Below are positions 24,601 through 37,240 of a DNA stretch of 64,000 bases, piece by piece. Positions within the stretch are counted from its first letter, which is position 1; the number at the start of each line of letters is the position of its first letter. The translations under genes were made by a program, and so were the position numbers. The stretch lies in NCBI RefSeq assembly GCF_052425735.1, contig NC_135770.1, positions 4,278,001 through 4,342,000 on the forward strand, given 5' to 3'. The notes under the pieces are model-generated. The model was not told where the DNA came from. It saw only the letters and a list, made by a program, of their open reading frames with translations, and did no database searches. Source of the DNA: Oculina patagonica (Eukaryota).

Positions 24601-27600
24601 TATATCATCTTTTCATATGACCGTTTTTCTTTTTTTAGTATGAAAATAACATATAGCACGCCCGCTCCCATCCCAGATAGCTACCCCTCCCGAGCGCTTG
24701 GAAACCCTCAACTAAAGTAAATATTCAAACATCCGCACTCTCAAGATATTTAGCACCTGGAAATGAACGCCCGTTTTTCGTTAAATGAGGTTATATTACT
24801 GGAGGTTAGCGGGAAGACGAGAGGTAGCCACGGAGTCAAAACTCTTTTTCTATTAAAAATAAAAAAAAAAATCGTATTTTTTTGTATTCGAAAAAAATAT
24901 TTTTTGCACTTACGCACCTTCTCTTTTTTTTTTTATAACTTTTGCTAAGTTTCCGATCTTTTAGTTTTTAGCATTTTTTAGCTGTATTAAGCTTTCAAAT
25001 AATCAATGCAATCAAAACATACAAGCTTACAGGAAAAAAAAAGATAATTTTTTAGCTACAACTACAGTCAACTGTGCAGCAATTCTACCCAGCCGATAAA
25101 CTCCAATTTATTTGAACGTATTGACAGCAATAAGAAAAATTATCTTCGCGTTTAAAAATTTCGCGTTTTATTAAAAATAGTTATTTAAGTGCTTATTTTC
25201 GTGTTCACTGTTTTTTTTTTCCAAATTTCAAAGCTTTATTAAATTTAAACATTTGTTTTTTCGACTACCAAAAATCAGAGAAATCGGTTAAGGTTTCCAT
25301 GCCCAAAATTCGATTTAAAAAATAGCACCTTCGCTCCCGGAATAGCCGCGGGCCACCTTAAACTCAGTATCACCGAGTAAAATTAAAGAGAGACAGTACT
25401 ACATGGTCACACACTAGGGCTAGGTCCGTAGTCTTAAACAATAGCCTGTACTATAAACAATCACATGAAAGTACTGCCCAATACAGTACTGCTCAAATGT
25501 TAGTTACCACTGTCCGCGAGGCGCGTCTCGTTTCTCTTGAGTCGCGTCTCGTTTCGCTCAAGAAGTTCTCGTTCCGCGAGGACTGCAAGTACCAACGTCA
25601 CCTTTTAAGATGTCAAAACTAGGGTGATCACCGCAGACTTAAAAGTTAGAACTACCTTGCACAGCATAGTAAACAGGACCACATGAAAGTACAGTTCACT
25701 AGCTTTCATTTGAATGGCCACATACTAAAGTTTAATCCACAGACTTTTAAGTTAGAACTAGCCTTGCAGCCAGAAGTTTCACAAAATCATTACCTTTCCC
25801 TGACCACACTTCACCCTAACCCTAACCCTAACGGTCGACACTTGGATCTCAACATGGGATGAGATTCTCTTAGAATTGCATTGCTAGTGTATCAAAATAC
25901 ATAATTTTCACCCTTCCCTCCCCGCCCTATCAGGTGCATGCTTTCCTGGAGCCCCCTATAGAAGGAGTAGTGCTTGAAACCTATGGCGCTGGGAATGGTC
26001 CTGATTCACGAGAAGAACTGCTGGAGGAGATACGAGCTGCTGCCAAGCGTGGAGTGATCATTGTGAACTGCACTCAGTGTCTGTATGGTCATGTAGTCGA
26101 CTCCTATGCTACAGGAAGGGTACGAGAATTGCTACTTTTTTACTTGGTTTTCTAATGATTTAAGACCATCATGTGATTTCTGATTTAAAAAAAAAATCGC
26201 TTTAAATTTAATTCGTGTAGATCAAATGGGACATTAATCTCAGCGTCCTTGACAAACGGGATGGTTAATTTCCACAACAGTAATTTCCCAATAAGTCTAA
26301 ATGTCGCCCAAAGTTTTTTTTTTACCATTCCTGAATTACCATATTATGGTGTCAACCATCTTCACCCAGAAACTAGATAATCGAGATTGGAGGTAACTGG
26401 AAATTGTCATTTTTTTTTGGTCATGAATTTTTGTTAGACTGTTACATACTTGTGGCGTGGAGGATGGGAAGCAGTGTATGCCCTTTGATGGGAGGGGGGA
26501 GGGGAGGGAGAGTTGAACTTTAATTTCCTTTTATGTTTATGATATTTGGTATTGTAAAGGCTTTGTTGCCATTTTTTTTTCTTGGAGTGCACAAATGATA
26601 CCAAGAGTCCAAGACCTTACCAAAGTATCCGCACTTCGAGACCTTATAAAAACCTTGACACAGTACGAGCCTTGCTGTATTGTTTGACACCTGAAGCTGC
26701 ATTTACGTTCTTATCAGGTTTTGGTGGAAGCTGGCGTGATATCAGGCAATGATATGACTGTGGAGGCGGCACTCACCAAGCTTTCCTATGTACTGGGACA
26801 TGACGAGCTCACACTTGAAGAAAAGAAAGAGGTAAAACGGCTTATGAACTATTTCAAATACTTCGAAATACAACACGTCACCTTCACCGCGGTCAAATGT
26901 CTTAGGCAGCTTTTCTTTCCGTTTCGGCGTTTTTTGTTCATATTGAAGTGTTAGTATGAGCAAGGATAGATAAAATAGTTGCTGAGTGTAAGCATAATCC
27001 CATTTTCTCAGACAAACAAGTGTTTTTACTTTTGAAATGTTCCGCATCCGAACCAAAGTGCTTTGACAAAATGGCGCCAACAAGTCCGCATATCGCTATC
27101 AGTTTAAAACATGTAGAACTTTTTTAGTAAAGCTTCAAAACACTTAGTAAAATCTTAGGATACCGGTTATGTATCGAACTTTGAACTGTGAAAATTAAAA
27201 CCTTATCTTTGCAGTACTTTTCCTATTTTTTGCATATTTCTGTCGTTTGACCGTGGTCGACACGTTACCTCGTCGCCAAGAGCGTCACACTCATTATCAC
27301 GTAACGCGCCCGCGAGGGAGAAGCGTTGCGTGACGACCCAAATGTGAAGTCATTCAATCTTCAGACTTAGAAGTGTGTTAAAAGAGACATACATTTTCTT
27401 GACTATTTTGTCCACTGCAATCTTTTTCTCAACAAAAAGTGCGAGAGCGTCCATGCCCACCCCCTTGCAAACGTGCTTGTTCAATCCTCAACAGTTAAAG
27501 TTTGCTAGCGCACTCTCGGTTGACTTGGAAGTCCATTTGAGTTTTCCAGTTGCCCCTTAGCCTGCGTAGCTGGTGGTATTAAGCCTCTTGCGGCTGGGCC

Positions 27601-30068
27601 GCTCCTTGTCGTGGCTTACCTGCTTGCTTGTGCGCACTTTAGAAGCCAACAATACCGCTAGCTATGCAGGCTAGTTGCCCCTTTACTCATGCCATTCACA
27701 ATGTTACTAGTACTGTCTTTTTTAATATCAGGACATGAACTGTTCATTGCAATATTTCAGATGATGAAAACAAACCTACGTGGCGAGTTAACATTGTACA
27801 AAGATGACGAAATGCATCAATTCTCTTTGCGTGACAATGAACTGATTGATGCGGTAGCTTCACATTTCAAAGTTGGGTCAACGGAGGTAAGAGTAATTAA
27901 ACACAATATTTTGCTGTGTAGTGACCTATTTGATTGTGTGGAGAAATTGATTGTGTTGATCACTTTGAAACAATTGTAGTCGTGCTTGTGACCTATGGTT
28001 AACACACTGTTTTCACGTGTCACGCATTTTTCCATGGCAGGAAGTGAGGTTCATCAAGCAAGCGTTATTTCCGGTTTTGATGTGTCACGCTGCAAGTAGA
28101 GGCGACATTGATGCCATGGAAGAGCTATGCCAACAGGTGACTTTTTACCTTTCGCATCAACATTTTAACACCCACACATTTTGACACTGTAGGGTTGTGT
28201 AAAATGTGGCCCCTTGACAACTCGAGTGCGAAAATCTGAAGTGTAGCGAAAGGAAGGGACTTCAATGGATTTCAAAACGTTCGACGCGCAACGCGCTCTC
28301 TAATTATCTGAAAGCTGCGCTATAGAAGCACAGAAAAGAGAAGAAAACTTTTCTAAAAGGTTACTGAAAAAAGCAAACGCTCTCTCCGTGCTTCTACTTT
28401 ATGATAAATTAAAAGACTCTCTTGAAAGTTTAGGAAAACTCGAGACTGCTGCGGAAATGCTACCTGTACGGCATTTCCTATTTTCCTAAACTTTTACTCG
28501 ACAAGTTTCTTTTGCACTACGGAAACAAGCAAAATATTTGTATTTCTTAAACAACTATAATATTATCAAGAATCCTTGGGTTCGTCTGCACCTTGCAAAG
28601 AGGTTCAATTCGTTTGTTGGTTGTAGACTGTTTTGGTAGCAGTTGTTAATTTGTTTTTGTTTTCTTGATTTTTTTTCTCCTTGACAGGGCGGCATGTTAA
28701 ATATAGCCACGAATCATGATGGCCGCACTCCACTTCATGTAGCATGCCTGGAAGGTCAACTGCAAGTCATTCGCCATCTCCTTGGGAAAGGCGCTTCACC
28801 GCACGTTATTGATAATCACGGGCAAACCCCGTTACACGATGCCATTCGTAGTGCTAACGAGGAGGCTATTTTGCTCCTCAGGGAGTTTGGAGCTCATTTA
28901 GGGCCCACCACTGTGGATATAGCCCTTAAAATGTGCTCCCTTGCCGCTGATGATAAGGTTGATATATTGCGGGCCTGGCACTTGGCAGGAGTGGACTTCA
29001 ATGTCGGTGATTACGACAGGAGAACGGCTCTTCACGTGGTAAGTGCACTGGTTTTAATCGGGAGAGAGAGTATTAATAAATCGGCTTTGTTAAACGAAGG
29101 GTAGCACAAAACAGTCTTTCGACTGACAAACGTAAACCCCTCGAATTTGGGTAAAATTTAGAATTTAGTTGTTTTGGTTTTTGTAGAGGGAGGAAAATTG
29201 GAGAACACGTTGAAAAACCCTCGAAGCAAGGACGAGAACCAACAGAAAAAACAAACGGCATATGACTTTGGCTCAGGAATTCGACCATGGCCTCATTGGT
29301 GGAAAGCGAGTGCTCTCACCACTGCGCCATCCTGCACAAATACCGCTGCCAAATGCGAATATCTCAATAGAGCGATTTTCGATCGAGTGTCGTAAAACTA
29401 AAACCAAAGTAATCATTCTGGCCAAACACAACGGACAATGACAACCTATTGAACCAATCAAAACTCAAAGCAAATTCAAGTAGCCGGCACTAAGCGCGAA
29501 AAAACGAGCGCGAGCGAGTCACAATTGGGTTTGGTTTTACAATGAACTCTCTCTAAAACGGACACCGTCGGGACCGGATCAAGCTATTCGTCTTGGAGAT
29601 GTGTCCTTCTTATAAGGAGTTAAGTTACAGGAAAATGACTGAAAAAGAACGGCAGGGACGGGACCAACACTTGGTCTCCGTTAGCAGAGAGTTGACTGTA
29701 CTTTTGATTGGTTGAGAAAGTGGTGCGGGTTTCGTAAGCCAATCACTTAGCAAAGTAAAGCAAAACCAAAGCAAACCCGAATTACTATTCAAGTGAAAAC
29801 CGCTTTAGGGGTAGGGTGCAGTAAACATCATTTTCTCCTTAACTTTTGCCGCCACTGTTTTTGTGACATGTTTCCTCTTTGTTTTTAGGCTGTTTGTCGA
29901 AATAATATGAACACGGTGACGTTTCTGATAGATTGTGGTGTTGACTTGAACGTGCGTGATCTTTATGGCTTTACTCCGCGGCAAAACGCAGAGGTGTTTG
30001 AAAACAAAGAAATGATAGAATTGCTAGAATCTGCGATGGAAAAGAAAACTGACGCAGTAGACAAGTAA
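18641..30068 (+). CDS. ASPG: L-asparaginase / 60-kDa lysophospholipase-like protein (type I asparaginase domain + C-terminal ankyrin repeats), 12 exons, 742 aa
   Basis: Exons 18641-19100, 20500-20644, 21750-21996, 22384-22467, 22807-22933, 24029-24141, 25934-26119, 26718-26831, 27761-27886, 28041-28136, 28688-29038, 29889-30068 join in frame (2229 nt). Motifs [82 protein letters not shown]; ankyrin [28 protein letters not shown]. Confidence 0.92.
20900..21200 (+). mobile_element. tRNA-derived SINE (V-SINE-like core)
   Basis: gtggtgagagcactcgcttctcaccaatgtggcc...gggttctccggttttcctccctcc; antisense family members at ~29085-29335 and ~59770-59990. Confidence 0.7.
24217..25357. mobile_element. 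Non-autonomous TIR DNA transposon (Kolobok-like) in ASPG intron 6
   Basis: TIR ggtggcccgcggctattc.gg / ccggaatagccgcgggccacc; flanks TTTA / TTAA; AT-rich non-coding interior. Confidence 0.75.
27558..27673. mobile_element. Mini TAG...CTA element with 9-bp TSD
   Basis: tagcctgcgtagctggtggtatt / aataccgctagctatgcaggcta; TSD gttgcccct at 27549-27557 and 27674-27682. Confidence 0.8.
29085..29335 (-). mobile_element. tRNA-derived SINE, same family as 20900-21200
   Basis: The reverse complement reads ggatggcgcagtggtgagagcactcgctttccaccaatgaggcc... followed by the shared core. Confidence 0.7.
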
Positions 30069-30131
30069 AGACGGGGATCTACGCTTGCGAGCTTCTTGTC
30101 TCATTAAAAATTGAGCTGTACAGATCGAACT

Positions 30132-30977
30132 TTTTTTTTTTTTTTTTAATTTTTATTGATATTTTTACACAAAGCTTACAAAACAAAAAACAAAAAAGAC
30201 AACAACAAAAAAACAAGAACTAATACAGGTACCCTAATTACAATACATTACATATTCTTGCTCGGCTTACAATACTGATACAAATGCCACTCTACTTACA
30301 AAATATAGCTACACTACTAAAAGATACAGTATATAAATATTTGTTATAAATTATGTGCAAAAATAAGACAAAAAAGAAAAGAAAACTGCATTAAAAAACA
30401 AAGAAAAATTGTTAACTAAGGTCAAAAAGTCAAAAACAAAAGCATCAACTTAGGCTTACTTAACTATTGTTAATATCAACATCAAGAAAGCCAAAAGAGA
30501 AGATGATCCCACTTTTTGTAATGATTAATTAGAATTCCATTCTTGTTTGCTATATATAATTCCAATTTATAGGTTGCTTTTAACTTAGCTTTGAAAACTA
30601 TACGTGATGGACAGTTCTTGGAAAGTTTGCATTTATAGATAAAGTATTTAGCAAGCAAAATAATATGATTAACTAAAAGAAAATCTTTGTCAAGGTCAAA
30701 TTTTCCAAAAAAAAATGTCTAAATGAGAGACATTAAGCAAAATATTGACTTCATCTGCGAGCCAAGATAAGAGCTCTTTTCAAAAAAATGTTGATGACTT
30801 ACAAAAGTACAATAAATGCTCTAGGGATTCCTCTTCTTCATTACAGAAAACACATAATATAATAATGTGTCACATTATTAGCACTATTATATGGTAAATA
30901 GTTGGTTTTTGGTTTGGGTTTTTTTTTTGGTTTTTTGTGGTTTTTTTTTAAGGAAAAAAAAAAAAATGGTGCCATAA
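30132..30977 (-). mobile_element. 5'-truncated L1/Tx1-clade LINE (ORF2 C-terminal zinc-finger region, 3'UTR, poly-A) with TSD
   Basis: Minus strand reads LCVFCNEEEESLEHLLYFC...LLVNHIILLAKYFIYKCK...HYKKW; AATAAA plus poly-A tail at ~30131-30158; TSD tgtacagat(c/t)gaact at 30117-30131 and 30978-30992. Confidence 0.85.
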
Positions 30978-32077
30978 TGTACAGATTGAACTTAACAGGG
31001 TCTGATAGCAGGTCTCGCAAGATCTCACATGAAAGGCTCACTAGCCTTGAGAGAACAATAGAACAAACAACAATAACAATGCCCTAGTCCCAAAACGATA
31101 GCAACTGCTACACTATTGGTCCAGTAGTATTAAAATCTTACGAGAGACTTTGCTAGAGTTGAACTCCTCGTCGATTCCCAAACTGTTTGTTAAAAGCTGG
31201 AGGTGGGAGGGGGGGGGGGGGGGGGGTTATACGGTAAGGCAGTAAAGATAATGTATTTGATTTTTCGTTCCAGTCTCTCTCCGAATTTCGCGACCGTTAG
31301 ATCGTGGCTGGTCCTCGCGAGGTTGTCCTAAAATTCTGGAATTTTATTCCGGGATATTTCTGTTCAATACACTTTCCAACCCGGATTTCCCGGAATTTTT
31401 GGTTGAATGGAAAGCGCCGTAGGACTGGAATTCCCTTGTCCCCAGAGCCCTTTGTTTCTCGTGCCAAGGCCTCACCGGCTAAGAGAAGCAAAAGGGGCTA
31501 TGGAGACGAGAAAGGTCCATGTTTTTTTTTTTATCTCTTCCTCTCGCTCTCTTCCGAATTTCAAGAGGAAAGGACGGATTATAGGGTGTAATGGTTCACG
31601 TGTCATAGGTGCGATGATTTGTCAATTTGTAAAAAAGTAGTTACCATCTGATTATTATGATTATAAAGTGAGTGTCCAAATTTTACTTATTTTGGACACT
31701 TTTTCATGAAATTTTGTGTTGTTAAGAAGCCACTATCGAAAATGACATTGTTATCAAATTGAATTATTTTTGATTATATTTATTTTAATGATTTGCTATT
31801 TAATAATTCTTAAATAATTTTATGAAGAGATTTTAACATATGACGAACTCTTTATGATATGATGCAAGCCTGCTATCATGGAGTATTTTTGTATTTTATT
31901 TATGTTACATTAGGTATTAAAATTGATATTTCAGTCAATTCGCTGTTTTCACCGTTCCTATAATACACCTTGTTTACCCCCGAAAGTTTTTGCATAAGCA
32001 TTGTTTTCAATTTATCTTGGGATTTACAATGGCGAACCATCGTCCCCAGAGAAATGAAAACAATGTTTATGCAAAAA

Positions 32078-32770
32078 TTAGCTCAGTTGGTAGAGCGCCG
32101 GACTTCCGTGCGGGAGGTCTCGGGTTCGAGTCCCAGACCGGACCAACACTCAAGGTCTTAACCCTATCCAGACCGGGGGGGGGGCGGAAAGTGCCCGCGC
32201 CGACTTGAACGCTTATAACTTTTTTAATATTCAACCAAACGCTGCCAAACTTCATTATCTAAATATGGATATTTGTAGGAATTTTTTGAAGACGTCACCA
32301 GGCAACATTACAGATCTTTCTATAAATAAAAATAATTAAACATTTTTCACCTTTTACTTTAAATTTTATTGTTTTAGTATTTCCAGTATTTTGGGCGGTT
32401 TTCTGACGTTTTGAAAAAATTTCGAAAGCCAAGATGGCGGATCCAAGATGGCGGCTGTTTTGACATTATGATGTAATTGTCACGTGATGTGACGTCATCA
32501 TCCCACTGACATATACCAAAAGATAGATTTTGGACATACACAATCCTGTATTCATTGTGATTGCTTAAATATTCTGGAAGTTACGGAGGGGGGACGGAAT
32601 CCGCCCCCCCCCCCCCCAGTCCGAAAAGACCAAAAAAAGCCCGGTCTGAATAGGGTTAATAGAGGAATATGCTGCCCATGACGTTAGATATTCTAGTCCG
32701 GAAAGGAACCGTAGGCCCCGTCTCCTGCATCTTCAGTGTTATGGTTAGCAGGGGACGGAACCACACACTA
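32078..32770 (+). mobile_element. tRNA-derived SINE interrupted by a piggyBac-like MITE
   Basis: A box tagctcagttgg and B box gggttcgagtccc, then ccaacactcaaggtcttaa; the body resumes after 32659 (accgtaggccccgtctcctgcatcttcagtgtt). Confidence 0.75.
32162..32655. mobile_element. piggyBac-like MITE, copy 1
   Basis: CCCT...AGGG termini (ccctatccagaccggg / cccggtctgaataggg) with TTAA TSD; related to 63229-63813. Confidence 0.85.
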
Positions 32771-35229
32771 CGTAAAGATTCCGTTTGCCCAAATAGCCAG
32801 AGGCAGCCAGAGGAAAAAAAAGGGAGAGGGAAAGATGATGAGATGAGAATTTGGGTGGAAAAAAGGAAGAAGAAAAAATAAACAAAAAAGAAAAAAACCT
32901 CATGAAAATAAGAGAAAAAAAAAGATATGACGTTAGAATAGAGAGTTGAATCAATAGTTATAGATGAACATCAATATTCTCCCTACGGTGTAGTACGTTT
33001 AAGAGACAGGTAAAAAAAATCACAGCATTGAACTAAGATATTTACTAAAATCCCTGCAGTTCCTTCAGGTTTTCTCTTGTTTTTTAAGCCCATGATAATA
33101 AAAATACATCAGGGTACTGATCTGATTTTTATTGGGATGTGGGAGGGAAAAGTATATTATTGCCATTTCTAAATTCCATGGTTGTGGGGGAAGGGTTGGG
33201 AGTAAAGGGTCTGCGTGCACACTATAACAGTGTTGAGTTTTTAAATACTTTTTTTAACTTTATATTAGTACTAATATCTTACATTTTTACTTGAAAAAAA
33301 AGGCATTCGCTTGTTAGAGATTAAAAAGTGGTTTATCGTATCAGTTAAAGGTTCAGATTTTATACTTTAAGTACAACAACAAATAAAAAGAGAAGCTGTT
33401 TTAAACCTTCAGTGTTGAGTAGTTTGTAACTCATCGTTATCTTTTCATAGCAATTTTCAGTAGGCTCAGCGCAAATGCAAGTAAAATGTTTAACGCACGA
33501 TAACACTTACTTACAACGATCTATAGCTAGACAAAATCCGAAACAAATTTCATTGTTAGTTCGGCGTCTGAAACAAAGCCGTTCCAATTCCCGGCCAAGC
33601 AAGGCGGGAAGAACGGCTGAGCCGTTCCAGACGATCCATTGTTCCCTGAGGTGATTATGTAACTGTGGTGTTAGCAATCGTCATGATGTTTGCAAGGGTC
33701 GCCTTATCGTTTATCGTTTATCTTTATCGAAAATCTTTCCAAGGCCGTCTTTACAAAGTTTTGATACAATTCTATTCAAACGCCACCTTTATTTGATTTT
33801 TTAGACAAAAAGGTGATATCTGTCTAAAGTCAAACAATTAAAAGGGATCTCAAAGGCGCGTTCTAGGCAGACTGTACGTTTCATGGAAAACAAAGGTATA
33901 GAGTACAAGGCATGATGGATTTTGCTTGAAGAGAAGCTTTATTCACGGTAGCTGCCATGTTACCAGCAATAGTTTTCACGTTATAATGCAAATTGCGAAG
34001 TCAACGTGACTTCTGACGAGGTACGACAATTTCAACTGGTTTCTTAGTATTCCTGATACATTTATCGTGCTTATTTTGAGTTTGAAATAATTTCGGAGCT
34101 TTTGTTAGGATATAGAATAAAGAAATCAATATTTAATAATCTGGCGCTCTAAATGATTTTGTCACATATAGCTGACTATTGAGACGAGCTGATTTTCCGA
34201 GAATTGTCTTCTTGCCCATGTTTGTCCTCTGGCAGACAGCATGGCGACTACTGTAAATAAAGTGCATTGTCTTTCCACTTCGAGACAGACACACACCTCT
34301 TTATTACGGACCTGGTGAGGTTTTCTTTTTTTAACCTTCTCTAGTGAAATTTAGACCTTCGTGGTCCTGATAAATTCAAAAAAGACTCTTAGGTAAGTTC
34401 CCCCCACCCCCTTGGTGGGGTGTGCCGAGCCGGTCAAAAAAAAAAAACAAAAAAAAACAAGCTCACGAAAATGAAACATGCCGGCATGCGTCATGACCGT
34501 CATAATCGGCCTGCTACAGAAAAAAATGCTGAAGTCCTTTAGGAAGTTACTCTCATGGTCCTTCTAGCCATTTTGGAGTAAACATTAACTGTTTGTTTTT
34601 GATCGACCGTTTATCTGGGCAGAGAATTACCTTGGTAGATTCTTGTCTGTCCTGGGCTGAAGTTATATCGAATCTCTGACACTTTTCCGACCAGGTTATT
34701 ATACAGAGAAAAGAAAGAACTTCAATAGGCTTTGTAGAATTTAGTTGTTTTGTGATACTGCAGCTGCAAAATTACGAATCAGTTAGAATAATGTATCTTT
34801 TGTACGAAAATCCAATAGTCGGTAACAGTTTTGCAGCAGGTGGCGGGAGAAATGAATAAAAAAAATCTCCAGTCCCCATGGTTACAGAACGGCTGAGGTA
34901 GTTCAGCTGCATTTGATTTCTTCAGCGAAAGCAAATGAACATTTGCCGCTATTAAGTTTTTATGCATGTGATCATTTTCTATTTTCTCCTTACAATGTCA
35001 ACACATTACCAAGTAAACAGGCGAAGAGAATTATCAACATCATCAACTGAAGTTATTGTCTTGATAGAACCATTAAATTCTCACACAAAAAAATAAACAA
35101 AATATATAACTTTCAATAGGGAGAGTTGATGTTACGATCTTAGGAAAGATAAGGTTATAAAAAGTGTTTGATCGCTTTCAATAAGCGCAGTTGCAGTTAT
35201 TTGTCGCCTTGAAAGGTTTAACGATCATC

Positions 35230-36066
35230 ATGGCGCAACACAAGACGGAGCTTAGAATCGTGGTCGGTTTTGCCCTGGTCGCGTTTGTGCTGGGTCATGG
35301 ACGGCTCATTGACCCTGCGAGTCGTAACGCCGCGTGGCGATTCGGATTTTCCAACCCGCCACATTACAACGACAACGAGCTGAACTGTGGAGGATTTAAC
35401 GTGCAGTGGGAAGTCAACCACGGGAAGTGTGGGGTGTGCGGAGACGCGTACCACGAGAAGAACCAAGCGCACATTTACCCAGGGAAATACGCCAACAATA
35501 TCATCACCAAGACCTACACAGAGGGGCAAGAGATCGAGGTCCTGGTCGATATTACTTCCAATCACCAGGGATTCTTTGTGTTCAGTGTGGGTCGAATTGG
35601 AACGGCTCCCATCACACAGGAGAAACTGAACTATGTTCTGAAACAAGCCAATGGTGATTCAAAGTGGCGATTGACTTCATCCGCGAATGATGTCTTTAAG
35701 ATCAAGTTGAAGCTCCCTGGCGGCCTGACATGTGATCACTGCGTGATGCAATGGTGGTGGACAGTGGGGAATAACTGGGGGTGTGATGCAGACGGCTGTG
35801 GAGTGGGACATGGAGAGAAGCAAGAGACTTTCGTCAACTGCGCTGATATAAGGATCACCGCCAAAGATGGCACTGTGGTCACGGACCCACCAACAGAAGC
35901 CCCTTCCCCCACAGTACCAGTTGTGACTGAGCCTCTCCCCACGAACGCTCCAAATCCTGGTGGATGCAAGGCGATAGGGCCCTGGGAAGGAAACACTGCC
36001 GTGGACAATTGGTGCGTGGTGAATTGTGGGAAGGGTTACTGCCCTGATTACATGTGCAAATGCTAG
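35230..36066 (+). CDS. Secreted AA15-type lytic polysaccharide monooxygenase, copy 1 (278 aa)
   Basis: 22-aa signal peptide ending VLG, then mature His1 (HGRLIDPASRNAAWR); NELNCGG; CGVCGD; TSNHQG (second His); CDHCVMQWWWTVGNNWGC; QETFVNCADI; P/T linker; 6-Cys C-terminal module; single coding exon. Confidence 0.92.
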   Translation: MAQHKTELRIVVGFALVAFVLGHGRLIDPASRNAAWRFGFSNPPHYNDNELNCGGFNVQWEVNHGKCGVCGDAYHEKNQAHIYPGKYANNIITKTYTEGQEIEVLVDITSNHQGFFVFSVGRIGTAPITQEKLNYVLKQANGDSKWRLTSSANDVFKIKLKLPGGLTCDHCVMQWWWTVGNNWGCDADGCGVGHGEKQETFVNCADIRITAKDGTVVTDPPTEAPSPTVPVVTEPLPTNAPNPGGCKAIGPWEGNTAVDNWCVVNCGKGYCPDYMCKC

Positions 36067-36809
36067 CTCAAAGCGGCATTAGTAAAATCGCTGAACTTTA
36101 AATTAATTATGCCATAATGAACATATATTACCTACTGAAACTGTTTGATTCGTAGACAATAAATCATAACGTTTGATTCAGGAGCTTAGCAACCTAAGCG
36201 GGACAGGCAACAAAACGTTTCTAAACGAAAGTTTTACTAATATGAAGCAAATTTAAAAGGCTTGTAACGTGTGTTGTATAGACATCTTAATTAGTACCCT
36301 GGTTCTTAGCCGTCAACTTCAAAACAATAATGTAAATTAACAAAAGGGCCTTGACATGTTTATCAGTTTGTGAAGAACAGAAAGCTCAGTGAATTTATCA
36401 TATATTTTATAGTAAAAGGCTCTCTCTGACTTTTTATTAGACACTTGTGGACCACACGATAGGTTAATAGATTAAAACGATATAGCCAAATACCTAAAAA
36501 AAGATTATCTGAAACCGCGTCTAACGTGATGGCTGCTTACTCCTTATGGCTAAAAAAACCTCTTCAAATTCTTGCTATCAACGGGAAAAATAATATTAAA
36601 AATACTAGCTACATGGGTGCGTTAGTTTACGTTTTAAAACCTTTGTAAAGCGCCATTATTGATTTTGTGGCTAAGATCGAGTGACTGGCTGAAGATTCTG
36701 TCCGCATATAACATGCTTATTTGTCTTGAGCTTTATTATTTCATGATTAAAGTGAGTGTTCAGTATACGTAATACCTGGATTTCATATCTTTCTATACAA
36801 CAGCGAATC

Positions 36810-37240
36810 CCCGGGGGGGGGCACTCAAAAAAGTTTTATACGGGGAGGCTCCGCCCCAAGCTCTTACCCCTTACCCTTTTATATACCATTTTCACAGAAA
36901 TTGTACCCCTTTCGTATAACTTACTGAAAAAAGGTACCCCTTTCATGTACCTAAAAGACTTGGCATAGACTTAGAACAGGACGTTTTCTTGTCATTTTCA
37001 AGTAGCGCTTTATAAATTAAAATTATACAGCCATAAAGTGCGTCTGTTCGTGCGTCTGAAGTATTCTAATCAAGGCCCTTAAAAAAACCTAAATGACGGA
37101 TTTCCATACCCTTTCGTATACCAAAACTTGTAAAATCCCTACCCTTTTATATACCTGAAGCCTGAAAAAGGTACCCCTTTCGGGCGGAGCCTCCCCGTAT
37201 AGGCCACTATATGGAGTACCCCTCCCCCCCCCCCCCCGGG
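36810..37240. mobile_element. MITE with CCCGGGG...CCCCGGG termini
   Basis: Subterminal inverted repeats tatacggggaggctccgccc / gggcggagcctccccgtata; imperfect 8-bp TSD agcgaatc / agcgaaac. Confidence 0.7.

Noticed and set aside
25814-25831. (CCCTAA)3 telomere-like repeat
   Set aside because: Only three units inside an intron; too short to indicate a telomere or fusion site
32078-32150. tRNA gene (TCC anticodon-like loop)
   Set aside because: The 5' acceptor strand is missing and the sequence runs on into a SINE body; it is a tRNA-derived SINE head
35191-35229. Upstream TTG/GTG-initiated extensions of LPMO copies 1 and 2 (35191, 46560)
   Set aside because: Non-ATG starts from the ORF finder; the ATGs at 35230 and 46611 give proper signal peptides
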